NCBI GenBank assembly: GCA_964016885.1
Contig: OZ024764.1
Location: 28,892,001-28,956,000, forward strand
Source: Eledone cirrhosa
Lineage: Eukaryota
Reading direction: 5' to 3'
Length of the DNA: 64,000 nt
Shown here: piece after piece, positions 1 to 11,100 of the stretch
How positions within the stretch are numbered: position 1 is the stretch's first letter
Layout: every line of letters starts with the position of its first letter
Notes under the pieces: generated by a model
Seen by the model: only the letters and a program-made list of their open reading frames with translations
What the model was told of the DNA's origin: nothing
The model's database searches: none
Position numbers and translations under genes: made by a program

Positions 1-228
1 TCTCATTCTGTTCTTTATAAACCCATTTATAACATTTTATAAGGTTTTCTCAACGTAAACATCGGCGATTTCCCCCTCTCTATATATCTTATACTCTCTC
101 TCTCTCTCTCATATGATTAGAAAATGTTAAAAATAACAGCCAAATCTATCAACCTCTTATTTCTCACCTTCTCTTTACATCTATCACTCTGTCAGAAGTA
201 AAGAGAGATGAGAAATAAGAGATAGATA

Positions 229-412
229 GAGGGTGAGAAATACAAAGAAGAAAGAATAAAAGAAGTAAAGATAAGGTGAGAAATATGAGGTAGATAGAGT
301 AATAGAAATAAAGAGAGGGTGAGAAATACGAGGAAGAAAGTGTAATAGAAAAAAAGAGAGGGTGAGAAAGTAGAGGTAGATAGAGTAATAAAAGTAAAGA
401 GAGGGTGAGAGA
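229..412. repeat. Degenerate ~43-bp purine-rich minisatellite with an 86-bp dimer structure
   Basis: The GAGAGGGTGAGAAA-like anchor recurs at ~229, 270, 313, 356 and 399. GAGGTAGATAGAGTAATA recurs at 287 and 373 (86 bp apart). Confidence 0.6.
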
Positions 413-509
413 ATTGAGTGTGTGACACATTCGTCTTTCTATCTCTCTCTATTTCTCCTCCTTCCATGTATTATTGTCTCTTACTACTCATCGTAAAAGA
501 TGATCCCCC

Positions 510-800
510 GCGCCATCTTTCGAGTAAGCAATGAAACTCTAAAGAACCATGGGTGATAACTCTATTTGAAAAATTGAGGCGCCGGAAGGGTTCGAACCCA
601 TGTAACGTCATGATGCTAATGTTTGTAAGCCGAATCGCTAACCACCCATCTACATAAGTAACTGTTCGTAGCGCCCTCTTTCACTAAACAGTGAAACTAT
701 ATAAAAAGACTAGGAGATAACTCGTGTGGCACTATAGAGAAGAGTGTAAGATTCGAACCATGTAACGTTACAGCCCTAAGGTTAGTAAGCGGAGCTACGG
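510..800 (-). repeat. Degenerate ~161-bp tandem dimer, each unit carrying a tRNA-like (Pol III A/B box) head
   Basis: Anchors recur 160-161 bp apart: GCGCC-TCTTT at 510/671, TTCGAACC at 591/752, GTAAGC at 625/785. The minus strand of 575-655 reads GGTGGTTAGCG...GGGTTCGAACCC (A-box and B-box like). No clean cloverleaf. Confidence 0.5.
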
Positions 801-1112
801 ATTTAAAAGGAAAATCGCGTTTAAAATAAGCTTTATAAAGATAAACCAAATTTTATGTGACTCCATTTTGTTTGTTATTGTTTCTTTTACTGTTTTACTT
901 ATTTCTTATTTCTTATTAAATTACACTTAATTAATTCCATTAAATATTTATTCTTGCTCATATTAAATTACTGTATATTTATTCATGTCATTGTTGCAAC
1001 TTTCATTTCTACATCTTTCATTTATACCGACTGTTACACCGGTCGTATAATTACTTTTATAACACCGCTATATTACCTACATGAAAGAGGTAAATATTTA
1101 TTTCTCTTGTCT

Positions 1113-1545
1113 TCTTAACATAGCTAGGACCGTTTATTATTTACTAGTCTCTACTCCTAGGACTTTGCTGGTCTCATGTCCCCTCCATCAACACACAATC
1201 GGTAGAAAGCTGGTCGTCGGAGGTAAAGTGGCCCTGATTACAGGTCTAGTATTGAAGCCTTTCGGCGTGAGCCTTGCTGATGCCGACAGAGTTCCTGTGG
1301 TAGTTTTGGTAGCACAGGTGACATTTTATTGTGTTTAGGTACCGGCTAGTGCGGACACAGAGAGCACGACCAAGTGTAGAGGGCCAGCTTTGAAATTCGA
1401 GCGAAGGAGTGAACTAGTAAAAGAGGCAGGGTAAGCAGCATTGGTTCTAACGGTGGGACTAGAACGGAGGTTGGGTGGTGCTGGGGGTGGTCTAACAGCT
1501 AACAGTTGTAGGAGTGGTGGGGGTTTGCTAGGATTAATTTTTACA
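1113..1545 (-). mobile_element. Possible solo-LTR-like GC-rich segment abutting the Helitron helicase end (copy A; one terminus removed by a 34-bp deletion)
   Basis: Paralogous to 38135-38616, which is bounded by TGTA...TACA and has AATAAA near its minus-strand 3' end. No target-site duplication seen. Confidence 0.3.
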
Positions 1546-3825
1546 TCTGTCTGTGAACTCTTGAAAAAGCAACATACAATTGTCCAGGGTTAAATACTTG
1601 CTCAGGGAGGAACAGACCCACTTTATCATGTATTTGACCATGGTTCTTGTTGATTGTCATGGCATATGACAGTCTTAATGGAAACTGGGGTCTTTCCAAA
1701 GTAAAAGGGATGTTGGCACCACTGGGGGATAACTTCAGTCTTGGGATCAAAACACACCTGCCCATCAAAGGACCATAGATATGAGAAGCTTCGATAAAAT
1801 GTTTATGCAGTTCCACTACTTCTAATCTTGTGCCAATAAAATAATCTGTTCTGGATTGAAATATTCCATAGAAGCATTATTATTGATCCTGCTTTTAATT
1901 GGAGTTAGTGAGGCGGCATCCCAGAAGGTGTAAGCATTGCCTCTTTGAAAGTAAACTCTGTTTGTTCTCCAGGTGTGTGGCTAGGCTGTATACTGTATGT
2001 GATGTACCATGAAGCTTAAATTCTGAGAGACACAACACTGCTTCTGGCTGAGACACATACCTGCAACAAAGATAGGTTCTTATTTCATCATGGTTGTGTT
2101 GGTTCTGAGCCTCATTAGGTAATGCATTATTCGTTACTTCTATAGATGTACAATCATGCCCCATGTAACATATTTAAAGAGGTACTTGACACTTTTTACA
2201 GAAGCGCAAACTTCAACATTAATATGTGCACAATATTTCTTAAGCAAAAAGGCATTAAGTGGCACAACATTCCTGTTATCTACTGAATGTCATCCAATTT
2301 ACACTGCAGTTCCTGTCTTGCACCTCCTGTACTCTGGGTATCCATTTAGGTTCAATAATGTTTCCCTTCTGTAGGTTTTTGGATAGTTCTTTTGGAAAAA
2401 TCCATTTTGTATAAATGGGGGAAAAGGGTTTCCAGAACCACATGGCCTGTGGATAATAAACTTTTAAACCTGCTCATGTAGTACTGGATCATCTTCCAAT
2501 GCAGGTATTTCTGCTGACACGATTCTGTCAATGTCTTCTCTGTTTCATATCTTGTCTTCATTTTTTAAGGCTCAGTGTTATCATCTGTTTAGATAATTCA
2601 TTAAACCATTATACTCATCCACTCACAATTGGGCTTGATTGTTCCTCAAATATTGAAGCCTGCATCCCTCTACTTTCATATAGGCATCCACTAAATACTG
2701 CTAAAATAATTTACCTGCCCTATATATCGCACTAAATCCTCCTCTATATGCTATACAGTATATGTAATACTCCTGCATTGTCAGTCTATTGCAAACACAG
2801 GTCCTGCATTCCTCTCCATGTCACTATGCCACCAAAATTCACCATTATCGGTCGGTCATGAGGTCCAAGTGGCATGAATTATGTGGTATTTTCTGAGGAG
2901 GATGGTCTTTAGGAAAGATGATAATATCTCTTTGTACAGGTTGTGTGCCCTCAATCCCCCACAAAACAACAGCTATCATTACTAGTTGGTAAATTATAGC
3001 AGCTCATATCTGATCCTCTTCTAAATCTTAATTCACAGTTCTGTACACGACAATTTTCTCTTCTAGAACTTTGCTGTTTGATGCCATGCATTGTATTGTA
3101 CACTTCGACATATGGATAACATTCATGCAACACCTCTCTTATCATAGCCATTTTTTGTGGTGAGCAGTCATTATTTGTTGGTACTAGGGTGGTGGATTGG
3201 CAGTATCGGTAGAGCGTCAGACACCATGCTTTGCAGCATAGGGTTATGGCCCTTTACGTTCTGGGTTCAAATCCCTCTAAGGTTGACTTTGTTTTCATCC
3301 TTATGAGGTCGATAGAATAAAGTACCAGTAATTGCTGGCCTTGTGCCAGAAACAATTATTTGGTTGTACTTCCAATCTGTGCTACACACTTTCATTCCCA
3401 TCAATAATATATAACTGGCCATATTGTGGTGTATTTTCTGCAGGTTACAGAGATGGGGGTGTATTGATATGTTTGACCCTGAATATGAAAGCTATACGGG
3501 CCTCTGCCGGGTGGTAACACCAAATGAAGTGAAATAAATGTAGTTTTAATTGCAGATGTTTCTGTGAAATCAACTGCTTCCTGGCCTCTTTCAAAGAGAT
3601 TTCTCAGTCTCTCAGGGTATATTTGCAATGGTGGCAACACAACCTTTCCTTTATTACAACAGTTACAATTTTCATTTCTAAATTTCAAAGCTCCACAGTG
3701 ATCACACGAAACATTCATATCACTAATATGAAATTCTTCTACATTTCCATTAATATTAATTGTTGGCCAATTTCTCTTACAACGCTCATTATCCATTCTT
3801 CTCTGTCTGAATGTTTTCCATTCTG
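1546..3825 (-). pseudogene. Decayed, internally deleted Helitron RepHel (Rep initiator + PIF1-family helicase), copy A
   Basis: Minus-strand motifs occur in canonical order across stops and frameshifts: CDHCGALKF..E..CCNKGKVVLP; GPYSFHIQGQ; YGQLYIID; YNLPT; QYLVDAYMKVEGCRLQYLRNNQ; VSAEIP..DP..IHRPCG; GYPEYRR; DNRNVVP..HINVEVCASVKSVKYLFKYV/GHD (Rep motif 3 tyrosines); DEI..Y..RYVS.PEA; and the helicase end QFPLRLSYAMTINK..GQ..VF..GQLYVAFSRV. Confidence 0.93.
3186..3354 (+). mobile_element. tRNA-derived SINE (octopus-type) inserted in the Helitron ORF
   Basis: A-box-like TGGCAGTATCGG, B-box GGTTCAAATCC, body GTTGACTTTG.TTTCATCCTT..GAGGTCGAT..AAAGTACCAGT, 3' CTGGCCTTGTGCC. Flanked by a 16-bp degenerate TSD, ATTATTTGTTGGTACT (3170-3185) and ATTATTTGGTTGTACT (3355-3370). 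Helitron-like translation resumes on both sides. Confidence 0.85.
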
Positions 3826-3912
3826 TTGTTTATTATGTAATTAAATAGCTCTGTACAATACATAGAGCACTCTTCTTTTCTTTACCTTTTCTATAGAAAT
3901 ACAAGAACAAAC

Positions 3913-3952
3913 ATATATATATATATATATATATGTATATATGTGTGTATAT
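3913..3952. repeat. (TA)n/(TG)n microsatellite upstream of the Helitron ORF
   Basis: Read directly; paralogous tracts at ~31270-31290 and 41060-41103. Confidence 0.9.
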
Positions 3953-4066
3953 ACATAAACAAGACTGTTATTACTCCAACCAGTCTATTTACCTTTGATA
4001 ACTATCCTAAATATAAATACACCTATACCATACATACATATATCATATATCTTTTTGATGCCGTGG

Positions 4067-4423
4067 TATAGCAGAGATAAGCAAGAAGAGAAAAGAAATT
4101 GAAAAGGAGAAAAAAAAGGAAGTAAGAAGTCGGGGGAGGGACAGACACTTCACCCCAGTCTAAGTGGTCCCTCAGCCGCAACACGTGGAAGAAACGTAAA
4201 AGCGTTACCTCGGAACAAGGCCAGAGACACCTGCTACAATAGTTGCCCCTCCTCACGAGGCTCCTGCCGTCTTTCCTCCCGACTTTATGGAGGAAATCAG
4301 CAGTAGGGGGACCAAGTATGGCAGAGGTCTCAATGGAGTGGAAGAGGTGAGTCAGGCCTCAGTACTATCTTACTCTCCTCTGCGTTGCGGGGTGTGGAGC
4401 CTAGGTTTGTGGCTGTAGCTATA
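4067..4423. mobile_element. 357-bp GC-rich unclassified element (LTR-like), copy A
   Basis: GC-rich island in AT-rich DNA, bounded by the short inverted repeat TATAGC...GCTATA. Near-identical copy at 31404-31760 and a distant relative at 36700-37243. Confidence 0.3.
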
Positions 4424-4479
4424 TTTGAACTTTTATATGAAATTTCAGTTTTATATTTTTCACATCTTAAAACTTAATC

Positions 4480-4544
4480 TTAGTCTTTTGCAGCTCATCT
4501 AGTTTCATCTCACAGCACACGATTTGGGAACCACTGCTCTAGAG
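4480..4544. mobile_element. hAT/Charlie-like MITE terminus with target-like 8-mer
   Basis: TTTGGGAACCACTG (4523-4536; reverse complement CAGTGGTTCCCAAA, a Charlie-type TIR) is followed directly by CTCTAGAG, matching the NTCTAGAN target preference. No partner TIR found. Confidence 0.5.
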
Positions 4545-4882
4545 ATAGAAAAAGTATATTTTATGCAAGGCTTCCTTGAGACATAAAAACTATTTCAAGA
4601 GATCAACATGGGTAGAAAGGTTGAGAAATGCTGCTCAATGTTCTTCGGTTTTTGTTCACCTTTAAATAATCATGTATAAAATATCGGGTGTGCAAGATTT
4701 CATGAAAAGGTATAACATTATTTATGCTGATCTTGCAGGGACTAGCTCCAATTGAGATTTGTACAATTCCCACTAAACTCGAAACTCCTGGACAATATAT
4801 ACATATCTTTATAAGTTCCTGTGTATTGTGGCGGTGTCTAATGAAACATAAATATATACCATGCATGTCAGTCAGATTTGAA

Positions 4883-5112
4883 CAGAATTATTAGCCACAG
4901 GGGCAGAGATGTCCATAACATTACATGACAGAATTATTAGCCACAGGGGCAGAGATGTCCATAACATTACATGTCAGAATTATGAGCCACTGGGGCAGAG
5001 ATGTCCCTAACATTACATGTCAGAATTATTAGCCACAGGGGCAGAGATGTCCATAACATAACATGACAGAATTATTAGCCACAGGGGCAGAGATGTCCAT
5101 AACATTACATGT
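4883..5112 (+). repeat. 46-bp satellite, ~5 units, orientation A (CAGAATTATTAGCCACAGGGGCAGAGATGTCCATAACATTACATGW)
   Basis: Exact 46-bp period (4883, 4929, ...); switches strand at 5110-5112. Confidence 0.95.
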
Positions 5113-8100
5113 GGCTAATAATTCTGTCATGTAATGTTATGGACATCTCTGCCCCTGTGGCTAATAATTCTGTCATGTAATGTTATGGTCATCTCTGCCC
5201 CTATGGCTAATAAATCTGTCATGTAATGTTATGGACATCTCTGCCCCTGTGGCTAATAATTATGTCATGTAATGTTATAGACATCTCTGCCCCTGTGGCT
5301 AATAAATCTGTCATGTAATGTTATGGACATCTCTGCCCCTGTGGCTAATAAATCTGTCATGTAATGTTATGGACATCTCTGCCCCTGTGGCTAATAATTC
5401 TGACATGTAATGTTATGGACATCTCTGCCCCTGTGGCTAATAAATCTGCCATGTAATGTTATGGACATCTCTGCCCCTGTGGCTAATAAATCTGTCATGT
5501 AATGTTATGGACATCTCTGCCCCTGTGGCTAATAATTCTGACATGTAATGTTATGGACATCTCTGCCCCTGTGGCTAATAATTCTGACATGTGATGTTAT
5601 GGACATCTCTGCCCCTGTGGCTAATAATTCTGACATGTAATGTTATGGACATCTCTGCCCCTGTGGCTAATAATTCTGAGAGAGATGAAACAAGTGAGGG
5701 ATTAGAGTGTTGAAAGAAGAGAGAGAGAGCGAGATGAAATGAGAGAGTGTGAGCGAGATGAAACGAGACAGGGAGAGCGAGATGAAACGAGAGAGTGAGA
5801 GCGAGATGAAACGAGAGAGTGAGAGCGAGATGAAACGAGAGAGAGAGAGCGAGATGAAATGAGAGAGAGAGAGCGAGATGAAATGAGAGAGAGAGAGCGA
5901 GATGAAACAGGAGAGAGAGAGCGAGATGAAACGAGAGGGAGAGAGAGATAGAGGGAGATGAAACGACAGAGAGAGAGACAGATGAAACGAGAGAGAGAGA
6001 GATGAAATGAGAGAGAGGAAGAGTGAGATGGAACGAGAGAGAGGAAGACAGAGATGGAAGACAGAGGTGAAACGAGAGAGAGAGAGAGCGAGATGAAACG
6101 AGAGAGAGGAAGAGAGAGAGCGCGAGATGAAACGAGAGAGAGAGAGCGCGAGATGAAACTCTGTCATGTAATGTTATGGACATATCTGCCCTTGGGGCTA
6201 ATAATTGTCATGTAATGTTATGGACATCTCTGCCCCTGTGGCTAATAACTCTGACATGTAATGTTATGGACATCTCTGCCCCTGTGGCTAATAATTCTGA
6301 GAGAGATGAAACAAGTGAGGGATTAGAGTGTTGAAACAAGAGGAAGAGAGAGAGAGAGAGCGAGATGAAATGAGACAGGGAGAGCGAGATGAAACGCAAT
6401 AGTGAGAGAAGCGAGATGAAACGAGAGAGTGAGAGCGAGATGAAACGAGAGCGAGAGAGAGCGAGATGAAACGAGACAGAGAGAGCGAGATGTAATGAGA
6501 GAGAGAGAGAGCGGGATGGAACGAGACAGAGAGGAAACGAGAGTAGAGAGGGAGATGAAACGAGAGGGAGAGAGAGATGAAACGAGAGAGCGAGAGAGAG
6601 ATGAAACGAGGGAGATAGAGATGAAACGAGAGAGAGGAAGAGAGAGATGGAACGAGAAAGAGGAAGAGAGAGATGGAACGAGAGAGAGGAAGACAGAGAT
6701 GAAACGAGAGAGAGAGAGAGAGCGAGATGAAACGAGACAGAGAGAGCGCGAGATGAAACGAGAGAGAGAGAGAGAGCACGAGATGAAACGACAGAGAGAG
6801 AGACAGATTGAAGGAGGGAGATACAGATAAAACGAGAGAGAGGATGAGAGAGATGGAACGAGAGAGAGGAATAGAGAGATGGAACGAGAGAGAGGAAGAC
6901 AGAGATGAAACGAGAGAGAGAGAGAGCAAGATGAAACGAGAGAGAGAGAGCGCAAGATGAAACGAGAGAGAGAGAGAGCGCGAGATGAAACTCTATCATG
7001 TAATGTTATTGATATATCTGCCCCTGTGGCTAATAATTGTCATGTAATGTTATGGTCATCTCTGCCCCTGTGGCTAATAATTCTGTCATGTAATGTTATG
7101 GACGTCTCCGCCCCTGTGGCTAATAATTCTGACATGTAATGTTATGGACGTCTCTGCCCCTGTGGCTAATAATTCTGACATGTAATGTTATGGACATCTC
7201 TGCCCTGTGGCTAATAATTCTGACATGTAATGTTATGGACATCTCTGCCCCTGTGGCTAATAATTCTGAGAGAGATGAAACAAGTGAGGGATTAGAGAGA
7301 GATAAAACAAGTGAGGGATTAGAGTGTTGAAACAAGAGAGAGAGAGGAAGAGAGAGAGAGAGCGAGATGAAACAAGAGAGTGAGAGAAGCGAGATGAAAC
7401 GAGAGAGTGAGAGCGAGATCAAACGAGAAAGAGAGAGAGCGAGATGAAACGAGACAGAGATGAAACGAGAGAGAGAGGAAATGAGAGAGAGGAAACGAGA
7501 GTAGAGAGCGAGATGAAACAGGAGAGAGAGAGCGAGAAGAAACGAGCGGGAGAGAGAGATGAAACGAGAGAGCGAGAGAGAGATGAAACGAGGGAGATAG
7601 AGATGAAACGAGAGAGAGGAAGAGAGAGATGGAACGAGAGAGAGGAAGAGAGAGATGGAACGAGAGAGAGGAAGACAGAGATGAAACGAGAGAGAGCGAG
7701 ATGAAACGAGACAGAGAGAGCGCGAGATGAAACGAGAGAGAGAGAGCGCGAGATGAAACGACAGAGAGAGAGACAGATGAAAGGAGGGAGATAGAGATGA
7801 AACGAGAGAGAGGATGAGAGAGATGGAACGAGGGAGAGGAAGAGAGAGAGGAAGACAGAGATGAAACGAGAGAGAGAGAGAGCGCAAGATGAAACGAGAG
7901 AGAGAGAGCGCGAGATGAAACTCTGTCATGTAATGTTATTGACATATCTGCCCCTGTGGCTAATAATTTTCATGTAATGTTATGGTCATCTCTGCCCCTG
8001 TGGCTAATAATTCTGTCATGTAATGTTATGGACATCTCTGCCCTTGTGGCTAATAATTCTGACATGTAATGTTATGGTCATCTCTGTCCCTGTGGCTAAT

Positions 8101-11100
8101 AATTCTGAGAGATAGTAAACAAGTGAGGGATTAGAGTGTTGAAACAAGAGAGAGAGAGCGAGAAGAAATGAGAGAGTGAGAACGGGATGAAACGAGAGAG
8201 GGAGAGCGAGATGAAACGAGAGAGAGAGAGCGAGATGAAATGAGAGAGAGAGAGCGAGATGAAACGGGAGGGAGAGAGAGATGAAACGAGAGAGAGAGAG
8301 GAAACGAGAGTAGAGAGCGAGATGAAACAGGAGAGAGAGAGCGAGATGAAATGAGAGGGAGAGAGAGATGAAACGAGAGAGCGAGAGAGAGATGAAACGA
8401 GGGAGAGGAAGAGAGAGATGGAACGAGAGAGAGGAAGACAGAGATGGAACGAGAGAGAGGAAGACAGAGATGAAACGAGAGAGAGAGAGCGAGATGAAAC
8501 AGGAGAGAGAGAGCGAGATGAAACGAGAGGGAGAGAGAGATGAAACGAGAGAGCGAGAGAGAGATGAAACAAGGGAGATAGAGATGAAACGAGAGAGAGG
8601 AAGAGAGAGATGGAACGAGAGAGAGGAAGAGAGAGATGGCACGAGAGAGAGGAAGACAGAGATGAAACGAGAGAGAGAGAGCGAGATGAAACGAGAGAGA
8701 GAGAGCGCGACATGAAACGAGAGAGAGAGAGCGCGAGATGAAACTACAGAGAGCGAGACAGATGAAAGAAGGGAGATAGAGATGAAACGAGAGAGAGGAA
8801 GAGAGAGATGGAACGAGAGAGAGGAAGAGAGAGATGGAACGAGAGAGAGGAAGACAGAGATGAAACGAGAGAGAGAGCGAGATGAAACGAGAGAGAGAGA
8901 GAGCGTAAGATGAAACGAGAGAGAGAGAGCGCGAGATGAAACGACAGAGAGAGAGACAGATGAAAGGAGGGAGATAGAGATGAAACGAGAGAGAGGATGA
9001 GAGGGATGGAACGAGAGAGAGGAAGAGAGAGATGGAACGAGAGAGAGGAAGACAGAGATGAAACGAGAGAGAGAGAGAGCAAGACGAAACGAGAGAGAGA
9101 GAGAGCGCAAGATGAAACGAGAGAGAGAGAGAGCGCGAGATGAAACGACAGAGAGAGAGACAGATGAAAGAAGGGAGATAGAGATGAAACGAGAGAGAGG
9201 AAGAGAGAGATGGAACGAGAGAGAGGAAGTGAGAGATGGAACGAGAGAGAGGAAGACAGAGATGAAACGAGAGAGAGAGAGAGCGAGATGAAACGAGAGA
9301 GAGGAAGACAGAGATGAAACGAGAGAGAGGGAGAGCGAGATGAAACGAGAGAGAGAGAGCGCAAGATGAAACGAGAGAGAGAGAGCGCGAGATGAAACGA
9401 CAGAGAGAGAGACAGATGAAAGGAGGGAGATAGAGATGAAACGAGAGAGAGGAAGAGAGAGATGAAACGAGAGAGAGGAAGAGAGAGAGCGCGAGATGAA
9501 ACTCTCTCATGTAATGTTATCGACATATCTGCCCTTGGGGCTAATAATTGTCATGTAATGTTATGGACATCTCTGCCCCTATGGCTAATAATTCTGACAT
9601 GTAATGTTATGGACATCTCTGCCCCTGTGGCTAATAATTCTGTCATGTAATGTTATGGACATCTCTGCCCCTGTGGCTAATAATTCTGACATGTAATGTT
9701 ATGGACATCTCTGCCCCTGTGGCTAATAATTCTGACGTAATGTTATGGACATCTCTGCCCTGTGGCTAATAATTCTGACATGCAATGTTATGGACATCTC
9801 TGCCCCTGTGGCTAATAATTCTGAGAGAGATGAACCAAGTGAGGGATTAGAGAGAGATAAAACAAGTGAGGGATTAGAGTGTTGAAACAAGAGAGAGAGA
9901 GGAAGAGAGAGAGAGAGCGAGATGAAACAAGAGAGTGAGAGAAGCGAGATGAAACGAGAGAGTGAGAGCGAGATCAAACGAGAAAGAGAGAGAGCGAGAT
10001 GAAACGAGACAGAGATGAAACGAGAGAGAGAGGAAATGAGAGAGAGGAAACGAGAGTAGAGAGCGAGATGAAACAGGAGAGAGAGAGCGAGAAGAAACGA
10101 GCGGGAGAGAGGGATGAAACGAGAGAGCGAGAGAGAGATGAAACGAGGGAGATAGAGATGAAACGAGAGAGAGGAAGAGAAAGATGGAACGAGAGAGAGG
10201 AAGAGAGAGATGGAAGACAGAGATGAAACGAGAGAGAGCGAGATGAAACGAGACAGAGAGAGCGCGAGATGAAACGAGAGAGAGAGAGCGCGAGATGAAA
10301 CGACAGAGAGAGAGACAGATGAAAGGAGGGAGATAGAGATGAAACGAGAGAGAGGATGAGAGAGATGGAACGAGGGAGAGGAAGAGAGAGATGGAACGAG
10401 AGAGAGGAAGACAGAGATGAAACGAGAGAGAGAGCAAGATGAAACGAGAGAGAGAGAGAGCGCAAGATGAAACGAGAGAGAGAGAGCGCGAGATGAAACT
10501 CTGTCATGTAATGTTATTGACATATCTGCCCCTGTGGCTAATAATTGTCATGTAATGTTATGGTCATCTCTGCCCCTGTGGCTAATAATTCTGTCATGTA
10601 ATGTTATGGACATCTCTGCCCTTGTGGCTAATAATTCTGACATGTAATGTTATGGTCATCTCTGTCCCTGTGGCTAATAATTCTGAGAGATAGTAAACAA
10701 GTGAGGGATTAGAGTGTTGAAACAAGAGAGAGAGAGCGAGAAGAAATGAGAGAGTGAGAGCGGGATGAAACGAGAGAGGGAGAGCGAGATGAAACGAGAG
10801 AGAGAGAGCGAGATGAAATGAGAGAGAGAGAGCGAGATGAAACGGGAGGGAGAGAGAGATGAAACGAGAGAGAGAGAGGAAACGAGAGTAGAGAGCGAGA
10901 TGAAATGAGAGGGAGAGAGAGATGAAACGAGAGAGCGAGAGAGAGATGAAATGAGGGAGAGGAAGAGAGAGATGGAACGAGAGAGAGGAAGACAGAGATG
11001 GAACGAGAGAGAGGAAGACAGAGATGAAACGAGAGAGAGAGAGCGAGATGAAACAGGAGAGAGAGAGCGAGATGAAACGAGAGGGAGAGAGAGATGAAAC

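Noticed and set aside
575-655. Functional tRNA gene
   Set aside because: A/B-box-like motifs are present but there is no convincing acceptor or anticodon stem; treated as a tRNA-derived relic.
1120-1165. Helitron 3' terminus (several CTAG sites)
   Set aside because: No GC-rich hairpin at the expected distance, and the sites fall within the LTR-like segment. True termini could not be assigned.
4203-4353. Coding exon ending at the GAG|GTGAGT splice donor
   Set aside because: The reading frame is short with upstream stops, has no recognisable similarity, and lies in a duplicated repeat-like element.
5670-5710. Hammerhead ribozyme in the satellite (CTGAGAGA...GAAAC at module borders; also checked the 55-mer)
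   Set aside because: Does not fit the CUGANGA core and lacks stems I-III by eye. An Infernal scan would settle it.
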